Source of the DNA: Abditibacterium sp.
GTDB lineage: Bacteria; Armatimonadota; Abditibacteriia; Abditibacteriales; Abditibacteriaceae
Length of the DNA stretch: 64,000 bases
Assembly (NCBI GenBank): GCA_965199495.1
Contig: CBDASK010000003.1
Coordinates: 1,088,001-1,152,000, forward strand
Reading direction: 5' to 3'
Shown: positions 27,468 through 35,791 of the stretch, piece by piece
How positions within the stretch are numbered: the first letter of the stretch is position 1
How the letters are laid out: the number at the start of each line of letters is the position of its first letter
Notes under the pieces: model-generated
Seen by the model: only the letters and a program-made list of their open reading frames with translations
Database searches by the model: none
What the model was told of the DNA's origin: nothing
Translations under genes and position numbers: made by a program

Positions 27468-28991
27468 CTATAAATGGCAAATTAAACAGCCTTCGTTGTC
27501 ATCGTCATCAACGGCCAATAGCGAAATTAATGTTCCATCCGATTTTTGCGGTGCGTTGTCCAAACGCTTACGATGATCGGCTTTAATCTGCGCCATGCGT
27601 TGCGGCTGTTCCAATTCGTCCAGACTTTCGCGCTGATTCCAGTTCTGCTGAATTAGCGTCCGCATTTCGGATTCGTTCTGGCGCGCGCCTTCGGGATTGG
27701 TGGCGCTGTCGGTATAGGGATCGCCCGCCGCGCCGCTCGGCATATCCTGCACGACCAGCAAACCCAACTTGTCGGCCCAATAATACCAGCGCGCCGGTTC
27801 GACTTTGACGTGCTTGCGAACCGCGTTCAGCCCCAAACGTTTGGCGGCTTCGATATCGAAGCGCAACGCCGCGTCGGTCGGCGCGGTATAAATGCCGTCG
27901 GGCCAGAAACCTTGATCGAGAGCGCCCGCCAAAACAATCGGCTGGCCGTTGAACATCAAGCGCGTATTGCCCTTTGCATCGTGGCCAACCGCCAAATCGC
28001 GCATCCCAAAATACGATTTCACGCTGTCCAAAACCGCGCCGTTTTCGTCTTTGAGCGTGACCGTCAAATCATAGAGAAACGGATCGTCGGTCGTCCACGC
28101 GTGCGCGTTGGGCAACGATACGACGATTTCGGCGTTGGTTTTAATCGCCCGCGCTTGGTACCAATTCAGGTTCGCTAATGTCGCGGGCGTGAGGTCGCCG
28201 CCCAACAGGCCGTTCGCCGTGGCTACTGTTTTGGTGCCATCGGAAACCGCGACTTCGACGCGCGTTTTGCCCGGAATCGTGCGGCCATTGACGGTTAAAT
28301 TCAATTTCCCGTTCTTCAAGTCGGGCATCATTTTGAGCGACTCGACCGACGATTGCGCCACTGGTTCGAGCCAGACGGTTTGCCAGATGCCCGAAGTCGG
28401 CGTATAAAACGCGTCAACGGGATTGAGCTTTTGTTTGCCCGCCAACTGCCAACTCGTGTTGCTCGGATCGGCGACGGCGACCACGATTTCGTTTCGCCCA
28501 TCAGCTTTAAGACGCGGCGTAATATCGAACGAAAACTCATCGTAGCCACCACGATGCGAGCCGATGGATTGGCCGTTGACCCAAACCTCTGAATCCCAGT
28601 CAACCGCGCCAAAATGTAGCATAATGCGTTTACCATTCCAAGTCGGCGGAACGGTAAAACTGCGACGATACCACAATTTTTGGTCGGGCGTAAAAGTTTT
28701 CATGGCGCCCGAAAGCGCCGATTCGACCGGATACGGCACCAGAATTTGCCCGCCGAACGTCGCCGGTTGCGGCGCGTTTTTGTCGGCGATGGCGTAGTCC
28801 CACAGGCCGTTGAGATTCTGCCAATCCGAGCGCACCATTTGCGGACGCGGATATTCGGGCAGAGCGTTTTGGGGCAAGACTTCTTTCGCCCAACGCGTCA
28901 TCAGCGGGCCTTTAGCAATTTGCCAATTTTGGGCGAACATGGGTTTGGCAGAACAAAGAATGGCGGTGGCCGCGATAAAAATTGGTTTCAT
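27468..28991 (-). pseudogene. Truncated GH2 glycosidase fused in frame to a foreign, SspD/PAPS-reductase-like C-terminus
   Basis: GH2 motifs (EYPRPQ, LNGLW, HFGAVD, SGIWQTVW, LDQGFWPDG, RKHVK) stop at NWN, before the NE acid/base motif; tail QRESLDEL...DDDDNEGCLICHL is not GH2-like. Confidence 0.8.
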
Positions 28992-29014
28992 GGCGAATCA
29001 ATGGGGCACGACTA

Positions 29015-31786
29015 TTATTTCGTCAATTCCGGCGCGTCCACGATAACGCGGCCCTGCGCATCCATATCAATCGGGCTGGCGGCGGGCGTGCCACGTTGGG
29101 GCGCGTTTTGCTCGCGCCGATATGAGAGCCATTTGCGACCATCCGGCCCATCGAAAACCGCCAGATGTCCGCCCTCGAACACTTTGCCGCGCGCGTCTTT
29201 CGTCCAAGGGCCAAGCGGGCTGTCCGCCGTAGCGACGCCCGTCCAGTAGCTATTATCAAAGGTTTCGGCGTGAAATAGCACGTATTTGTCGCCGATGCGC
29301 TCGACCCACGGGCCTTCGAGATAATTCGGCTTCTGGCCCAATAAAGTGCCCGCGCTGTCACAGCTCACAATTTTCGTTTCCGGGCCGAGCCATTTCACCT
29401 CGCCTTTGTTTAAATTCGTCAAATCAATTTTGCGAATAAAAATATCATATTTCGGCATCACGGCCCACGTCGCGCCATCTTTATCGGCGAACAATGTGGT
29501 ATCGCACGCGCCGTCTTTAATGTAAGTGATATTGCGATACGGCCCAGTGATGGTATCAGCCACGCCGACGAAGGCATAGCCCGCCGCGCCCCAGTTGCCC
29601 GCCGGATTGTATTCGGGTTTGCTCCAATTGTCGGCGGTAAAAATCAGATAAAAGTGGCCGTTCATCTTGTGGATTTCCGGCGCCCAGAAGCGATGTTTGT
29701 AGGGACTATCGGCGGGTAAATCGGCGGATTTGACCAACCAATTTTCCGGCTTCCACGTCTTCAAATCCTTGGACGAAAACAGTTGAATACCCGGCGACGA
29801 ACCGTGATTGGGCAAGTTCATCCGCTTATCTTCGCGGTTAGCGAACGGCCACATCGTGAAGGTCATATAGTAGGTGTCGCCCTCTTTAATAATCGCCGGG
29901 TCGCGCACTTCGCGGCGCAGGACGCCTTCGTTATCGGCGTATTGAAAATCGAACGGATTGGGAATTTGCGCGACGGCTTTGACGCCGTTGACGCGAAAAC
30001 CACTTTGCAAACCGGTGATGTCGCTGGCATTTTTGCCCGCGACCGCAATCGCCGTGTTCGCCGCGCCCAAACGCTGGATGACGTTGCCCGCGAACGTCAA
30101 ATTCTTGGCGCGCCCGACATCTACCAACGCGCCGATATTGTAATGATCGGCGCCGCGCCGATTCTCGACTTGCTGGGCGTTGAGGAACTTATTATCCCGA
30201 AAAACCGCGCCTTCGACGCCATCCAAAACCACGTTGACGCCATCGTTATTGGCGAAGGTATTATTTTCGATAGTGATATTGCGGTGCCCGCGCGCATCGG
30301 GCGCATCGCCCGTTCCGAGCAACGTCAAAACGCCCGCTTGCGCGTTCCACGGGCCAGTCGTCGTGGTGCCGCAATGCGCGAAAGTGTTGCCGCGAATCGT
30401 CACGTTACGCGCATAATTGCCCTCGCCCCACCACAGTTCCGGCCCCATCACCAGACCGGCAATCGAACTGCCGTCCACCAGATTATTTTCGACCAAACCA
30501 TCGCGCGCCTTTAATAAAAGTCCGCGCGCGCGATGATCTAATATCGTATTGTTGCGCAAAACGTAACCGTCGCCGGTCTGATCGAGATTGGAAACCACAT
30601 CGCCTTCCTGCGCCGCCAGAGCTTTGTCGAGCGTTAACTCAAAGAAGAATTTGTTGTCGCGAAAATGCGGAAACTCGGTTTCAATCGGCGCCATCAAACC
30701 GTCGGTCAACGTTTTGATGGCGGTGACGACGGCTTCTCCGCCGGGCACACCGTTTTTGCGCACCCACGTCAAATGGTCGCCAATTGCGTAGGGCGCGCCG
30801 CCCCACAATCTCATGCAAACCAGGGTGTTGCCCTCGACCTGCTGCACCATCTGGTATTCGCCGTGAATCGCGATGCCATCGTCGGGCATGCGAGTGAACA
30901 TCGAATTTTGGATCGTCGGCCCGACTTTGGCGCCCGCACTATGAAAACCATCGGCGTTCTCGCTCATCAACGGGCTGGCCGTGGCTCCAATGGGCAACGG
31001 GCCGGGCTTGGCGCTGATGCGATTGTAATGGTTGCTGCCGCCGCCAGTCTCGAACCAGCCGAAACCGCCCGAAAACTCCGCGCTCACGTCCTCGATATTC
31101 ATCTTTGTGCAACTGTCTACATGAACGCCCGTCCCGCCGCGCCCGCGCATCGAAGTTAGGTCGCCGACCTCGATTTCTTTGCCGAACGGATTATCGAACT
31201 TGACGAGAAAACGCCGCTCGCCCATGCGCTCGACGCCCGCGCTGCCGTAATCGTAGGTGTTGTTTTTCAGGCGGCGCGTCACGCGGTCGAAGATGTAGTA
31301 AGTCGTGCGCGCATCGAACTTTTTCGCGTCGTCGAGCGTGACCGGATAGCCGTCGTCAATTTGCAGCTCGAACGATTTGCGGTCGTCGGCGAGTGCAGCC
31401 ACGGCGCCCTGCGTGAACGGAATCGTGGCGTTACGAACCGTCGCGCCGCGAAAAGTCACGTTCTGGCAATTGCCGAAATAAACGCCGGTTTTAGAGTTGT
31501 CCTCCATCAAAAACGTCGCGCCAGTCGCATCAATCTCGAAGTTCTTGAGATCACGAAATTCCAGATTAGAACCTTGCTTCGATTCGGAAATACGGTAAAC
31601 GCCAGCGGGAATCACGATTTTTTTCTGGCCCGCTTTGTAGGCGTCCATAATCCTCTGCTGCAACAATTCGGGATGCTGAGTCGAGATCGTCATCGGCGGC
31701 TTTCCCTGTGCCAGAGCGCGCGAAATTAGCGGCGTCGCGCCGCTCAGAAGTAGAACGGCGCCCAGGGAAATGGAATGAAAATTCAT
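29015..31786 (-). CDS. Secreted CAZyme: GH110-like right-handed beta-helix fused to a C-terminal GH43 domain
   Basis: Signal peptide at MNFHSIS; NADGFH, DDGIAIHG and RARG; then RDP, WAPEI, D, EGPW and GPW GH43 motifs. Confidence 0.8.
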   Translation of the reverse strand: MNFHSISLGAVLLLSGATPLISRALAQGKPPMTISTQHPELLQQRIMDAYKAGQKKIVIPAGVYRISESKQGSNLEFRDLKNFEIDATGATFLMEDNSKTGVYFGNCQNVTFRGATVRNATIPFTQGAVAALADDRKSFELQIDDGYPVTLDDAKKFDARTTYYIFDRVTRRLKNNTYDYGSAGVERMGERRFLVKFDNPFGKEIEVGDLTSMRGRGGTGVHVDSCTKMNIEDVSAEFSGGFGWFETGGGSNHYNRISAKPGPLPIGATASPLMSENADGFHSAGAKVGPTIQNSMFTRMPDDGIAIHGEYQMVQQVEGNTLVCMRLWGGAPYAIGDHLTWVRKNGVPGGEAVVTAIKTLTDGLMAPIETEFPHFRDNKFFFELTLDKALAAQEGDVVSNLDQTGDGYVLRNNTILDHRARGLLLKARDGLVENNLVDGSSIAGLVMGPELWWGEGNYARNVTIRGNTFAHCGTTTTGPWNAQAGVLTLLGTGDAPDARGHRNITIENNTFANNDGVNVVLDGVEGAVFRDNKFLNAQQVENRRGADHYNIGALVDVGRAKNLTFAGNVIQRLGAANTAIAVAGKNASDITGLQSGFRVNGVKAVAQIPNPFDFQYADNEGVLRREVRDPAIIKEGDTYYMTFTMWPFANREDKRMNLPNHGSSPGIQLFSSKDLKTWKPENWLVKSADLPADSPYKHRFWAPEIHKMNGHFYLIFTADNWSKPEYNPAGNWGAAGYAFVGVADTITGPYRNITYIKDGACDTTLFADKDGATWAVMPKYDIFIRKIDLTNLNKGEVKWLGPETKIVSCDSAGTLLGQKPNYLEGPWVERIGDKYVLFHAETFDNSYWTGVATADSPLGPWTKDARGKVFEGGHLAVFDGPDGRKWLSYRREQNAPQRGTPAASPIDMDAQGRVIVDAPELTK

Positions 31787-31839
31787 GATTTCGATGGTGT
31801 GAAAATTGGAGAAAATGGTGCCGCACCACTTCGCCGCGA

Positions 31840-32222
31840 CTAATGCCCGTTGACGTGGGCCAGTTCCAATGGCAAAAAGAACAAGCTCAACGCCAATTCC
31901 GGTTGTGTCGGAATCAGCACGCGCACCATAACGGGAGCGCCATTCGCCACAATTTTTTCCGCGACCGTCCCCATCACCTCGCGGCCAATCCATTCGCTTA
32001 ACTGCTCCATCAACCGCGCGCCCTCTTCCACGCGCCGGTCAGCGGACGTGTTATTGAGCAAATAACCCTACGGGTCGAGAAACGCATTAAAACGCCAATC
32101 CGCGCCATCGAGATTCACTTTATGGTCGGCCAAAAAACGCCGTTAGCATCGCTCAGTCGCCAGCGCCAACGGTGAGGGTTCTCGAAATCAAGAGCTTCCA
32201 GAATTGATACTGATGCAGCCAT
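31840..32222 (-). pseudogene. Degraded N-terminus of a CHAT-domain-type protein
   Basis: MAASVSILEALDFENPHRWRWRLSDANGVF/ADHKVNLDGADWRFNAFLDP*GYL...LPLELAH; frameshift in the A run at ~32132-32137, internal stop, truncation. Confidence 0.65.
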
Positions 32223-32675
32223 AACTTTTCCTGAGAGAAATTAAGGTTAACTCATAGGACAAACTTTGTCTGAGTAGAAGAATTTAGAATATGCCTCAGC
32301 GATTCCTATAGGTAGGCGAAAGGCGAATTGCGAAAGGGCACCGCGTTCAACCACACGTTTGGCCACACACATTAGGGCGACGCGGAGACAGTATCTAACC
32401 AGTGTTGCGGATTTGGATTCGGCCACCAAAAGCGGGCCGCGAAGCGGATTCGCAACAAAATTTTCGCGTATGGTCGTATCTGTAACGAAACAAAGCGCTA
32501 TTTTCAATCTTCGATATTCACGTTTCAGCCCTCGGCGCTCCTGAAGCAACCAAACCCGCAGTACTAGTCATCTACATCCGCGTATGTCTTTTTGGCCCTC
32601 GACGATATTTCCCTTAGCCCCCTTGGACTGGTTCGGACATTCAGTGCCTACCAATCCGTCTTGGTTCCTTTTTCT

Positions 32676-33176
32676 TCATCCAAACAATTTCCGGTCGAAC
32701 GCCCGATAGTTAATCGCCTCGGCGACGTGGTGCATCTCGATATTCTCGGCGCCCTCCAAGTCCGCGATGGTTCGCGAAACTTTGAGTATTCTGTCGTATC
32801 CCCTGCCGCTCAAACCGAACTGCGAAATCGCGGTTTTAAGCAAATCTTTGGTCGCCCCGTCCATCTCGCAAAATTCGCGCAGCTCCTTCGCTTTCATGCG
32901 CGCATTGCAACTCGCCGAACTGCCCGCCATGCGCGCCGTTTGCTGCGCCCGCGCGCCACACACGCGCCGTCGCACCGTCGCCGAACTTTCGCCCGTGCGC
33001 TTGCCCATCAGCTCCTCGGACGATAAGCGCGGCACTTCGATGTGAATGTCTATGCGATCCAACAAAGGCCCGCTTATCCGAGAGAGGTAACGCCGGATTT
33101 GCGGCGCGGTGCAGGTGCAGGGCTTTTCCGATGGCGAACCGGTGGGTGTTCCCCCCAGCAGGAAACCGCACGGACA
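32676..33176 (-). pseudogene. comM: 3' fragment of comM/yifB (Mg-chelatase-like AAA+ ATPase), interrupted by an integrated element
   Basis: Frame reads CPCGF...CTCTAPQIRRYLSRISGPLLDRIDIHIEVP...LSGRGYDRILKVSRTIADL...HVAEAINYR; upstream of CPCG the frame gives HG and then a stop instead of MNP. Confidence 0.93.
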
Positions 33177-34843
33177 TCCATGTCAGATGCAGTTGGAACT
33201 ACATTGACAGAGATATTGGATTTATCGAAAGCATAATAGACCACGGCACGAGCCGTTTTCTTCTCAGCTATCTCTATCGTTTCCACGGTAATCTTCTCGA
33301 CTAAAGCTTCCACGATCTCGCGCTTGATTTCCCAAGAAAGTTCTTCGTCCAACCACTGATTGAAATTTTTCAACCAATCTTCAGTCGTGGCGAGTCGAGC
33401 AGAAGAATACTCGGTTTGGCGGAATTGTTTTTCTATATCCGCAACATGATTTCGCAAGACTTTCTCCTCGGCGTCGATCTTTGAGATTAGCGCGTCATAC
33501 GTGACCTCATTGAACTTCCCTTCGACTAACAGAGTCGCCGCCTTCAGTCGAGCTTTTTGTTTCTCTGCGAGAGCGCATTTGATGGACTCGATTTGTGCCC
33601 CAAGATTTTCCTGTCCCTCCCCCTCCTGCTTCATCTTTTGCTCAATTTGCTCCAGCACTTTGCCAGGGTTACGGAGAAAACTTTCAATGTCTTTCCAGAC
33701 AATCTCCTCAATGTCACCTTGTATAGACTTAGAAGGACATTTTTGGCCACGATCCGCATAGATTCCTCGCGCGTTTTGCTTACCATTGCAGACGTAATAA
33801 GAGCGGACTTTCTTATCTTGCCCCGCCTCGCTCTTCTTCTGGTAAACCCCGCTTACGGTTCCAATATAAGTCAAGCCACATAAATCGCATTTGATTAGAC
33901 CACGCAGCAGATATTTCCGCTTTGCGCTACGCTTGCTAAAGAGCATGTTTTTAGTCAGAGTTGCTTGCGCTTTGTCCCATTGCTCCACTGTTACGATAGC
34001 GGGCATCTCACGTTCAATGGGAGAACGCCCTGATTTGGAGCGACGTCCATATAAATGGACACCCTTATAGATTGGCTCTCGGAGCATATTACAAATGCGC
34101 GAAGGACGCCAAATCGCTTGAGTGCGCTTTTTACGTTTCCCATCCAGCGGATCTTGTTGGTTCACCTGACGATCATCTTTGACATAGGAGGGAGGCACCC
34201 TGAGAGCGTTTAGCTGCTCTGCGATGAAATAACACGAACGCCCCTCTTCCGCCCAGTTGTATATGGAGCGTATAACATCGACTTCTGACAAGGTATGACC
34301 GGCAATTGGTGCATCAGAAATCAATAACTTGGCATCCCTCTTCTTCCCCATTACGCGATAACCATAGGGAACGATGCCGCCGAGCCACGCCCCCTTTGCA
34401 GCCAATTGTAAAGTGGCCGTCCGCGACCGCTCAAGAAAGGTATCGCGTTCAAGTTGACCAAAAACAGACTGTATTCCAGTCATAGCGCGTCCCATTGGCG
34501 AACTCATATCGAGTGTCTCAGTCGCGCTTACGACTACGACACCAAGTTCACTCAAATCTCGCAGTGCCGTCATAGTCACGATTTGCGAGCGCCCCAATCT
34601 ATCCACCTTGTAGATAATAAGGGTAGAAATTTGTCCTCTTTTGGCAGCTTCTACCAAACGCCCCCCGGCAGGGCGTTCTTCCAGTGGTATCGTGCCAGAA
34701 ATTCCATCATCCAAAAACTCTTCTGTGACGGTATACCCGTGATTACGAGCATATTCGCTAACAACATGTATCTGGGTTTGGATGTTTTTGCTTTGTTGCT
34801 GCTTCTCAGTCGAGACGCGGCAGTAGGTAACAGCTTGTTTCAA
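33074..34843 (-). CDS. Large serine recombinase (integrase)
   Basis: YCRVST catalytic Ser, DDGISG, KVDRLGRS, PYGY, LLRGLIKCDLCG...YYVC...C Zn ribbon and coiled coil. Confidence 0.96.
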   Translation of the reverse strand: MKQAVTYCRVSTEKQQQSKNIQTQIHVVSEYARNHGYTVTEEFLDDGISGTIPLEERPAGGRLVEAAKRGQISTLIIYKVDRLGRSQIVTMTALRDLSELGVVVVSATETLDMSSPMGRAMTGIQSVFGQLERDTFLERSRTATLQLAAKGAWLGGIVPYGYRVMGKKRDAKLLISDAPIAGHTLSEVDVIRSIYNWAEEGRSCYFIAEQLNALRVPPSYVKDDRQVNQQDPLDGKRKKRTQAIWRPSRICNMLREPIYKGVHLYGRRSKSGRSPIEREMPAIVTVEQWDKAQATLTKNMLFSKRSAKRKYLLRGLIKCDLCGLTYIGTVSGVYQKKSEAGQDKKVRSYYVCNGKQNARGIYADRGQKCPSKSIQGDIEEIVWKDIESFLRNPGKVLEQIEQKMKQEGEGQENLGAQIESIKCALAEKQKARLKAATLLVEGKFNEVTYDALISKIDAEEKVLRNHVADIEKQFRQTEYSSARLATTEDWLKNFNQWLDEELSWEIKREIVEALVEKITVETIEIAEKKTARAVVYYAFDKSNISVNVVPTASDMDVRAVSCWGEHPPVRHRKSPAPAPRRKSGVTSLG

Positions 34844-34900
34844 CAGATTCTCCTTGAAATATAATGGATAGTCACACTCATCATATCATTGATTTTATCA

Positions 34901-34928
34901 TATTCTCATTGAATTTTCAATGAGAATA
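34901..34928. promoter_or_regulatory. Perfect palindrome (putative operator) between the divergent integrase and RHH genes
   Basis: tattctcattgaa-tt-ttcaatgagaata. Confidence 0.65.
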
Positions 34929-34989
34929 CAGTATTTTCATTGCACAAGCAGATGTAATCAGAACATACTTGCGCATTTAAGGAAGTTAC

Positions 34990-35232
34990 ATGGCAATGAA
35001 AACAAAGGAAGGATTAATGACACAGTCCTTCATGCTCTCCGACGATGACATCAAGTTCATCGAGAAAACGCGTGAGTCCAATGGCTTGACCAACAAGAGC
35101 GCCGCCTTGCGTCAGCTACTTCATAATGCTCTGCTCTACCAACAACTCAAAGAGGGAGTGACCGGCAAAGTGACGAAACGAGTTCAGGCAGAAATAGCAC
35201 AGCAGATAGCGCACGCGTTGAAACAAGATTAA
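34990..35232 (+). CDS. Ribbon-helix-helix (CopG-like) regulator
   Basis: SFMLSDDD...NKSAALRQLL; aagga RBS. Confidence 0.65.
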   Translation: MAMKTKEGLMTQSFMLSDDDIKFIEKTRESNGLTNKSAALRQLLHNALLYQQLKEGVTGKVTKRVQAEIAQQIAHALKQD

Positions 35233-35320
35233 ATGAAGGAGCGCGTTTCGTCAGCAACGACAACCTTTCAGAGTCACGGGATAATTGGCTCCTTATCCCA
35301 TAACTCTGAAAGGTTGGGGA

Positions 35321-35791
35321 TCACAAAGCATTCTCCCACATGAAGTCAACCATCCAATCTTCCAATCCTTGCAGGATGACGATGGCTCTGCCAATTCTGC
35401 GTTGGTTGATTTCACTCGACTCTTGGTGCTCCATGCGACTGATTACGTTAACAGACTTGAGAATCCAATCGTTAGGGCACTCAAGAAGGAAGCCAGGGAC
35501 GGGAATCGGCTCATTAGGAACGATGCCGCGCTTTGCACATTCGATCAAGCAGGCGAAGGGTAACAACACGTCAGGTAATCCGCACTCCCAATCGTGGATT
35601 GTGTTCATCGAAGAGGACACAATGGAAGTGACGAGGCCGCTTTTATGCTCGGAGATCCACTGGCGTATTCGAGGTGCAACCAAACTCTTGGGCTGAACAA
35701 TCAATTTCGGGGGGCCATTAATCCCTTGATACTCTACTCTGAAATTGAGCTTTTCGGATCGCAGATGGGCGAGTAGTTGAGATGGACACAT
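35321..35791 (-). CDS. Hypothetical replication-associated protein (TubC-N-like N-terminus)
   Basis: Start overlaps the primase/helicase stop; LL..LR...L...I..HK..L pattern. Confidence 0.55.
   Translation of the reverse strand: MCPSQLLAHLRSEKLNFRVEYQGINGPPKLIVQPKSLVAPRIRQWISEHKSGLVTSIVSSSMNTIHDWECGLPDVLLPFACLIECAKRGIVPNEPIPVPGFLLECPNDWILKSVNVISRMEHQESSEINQRRIGRAIVILQGLEDWMVDFMWENAL

Noticed and set aside
31787..31993. N-terminal extension of the 992-aa CAZyme ORF
   Set aside because: Overlaps the CHAT pseudogene in another frame; the signal peptide begins at 31786
32247..32549. 100-aa minus-strand ORF
   Set aside because: No recognisable motif or RBS; probably intergenic
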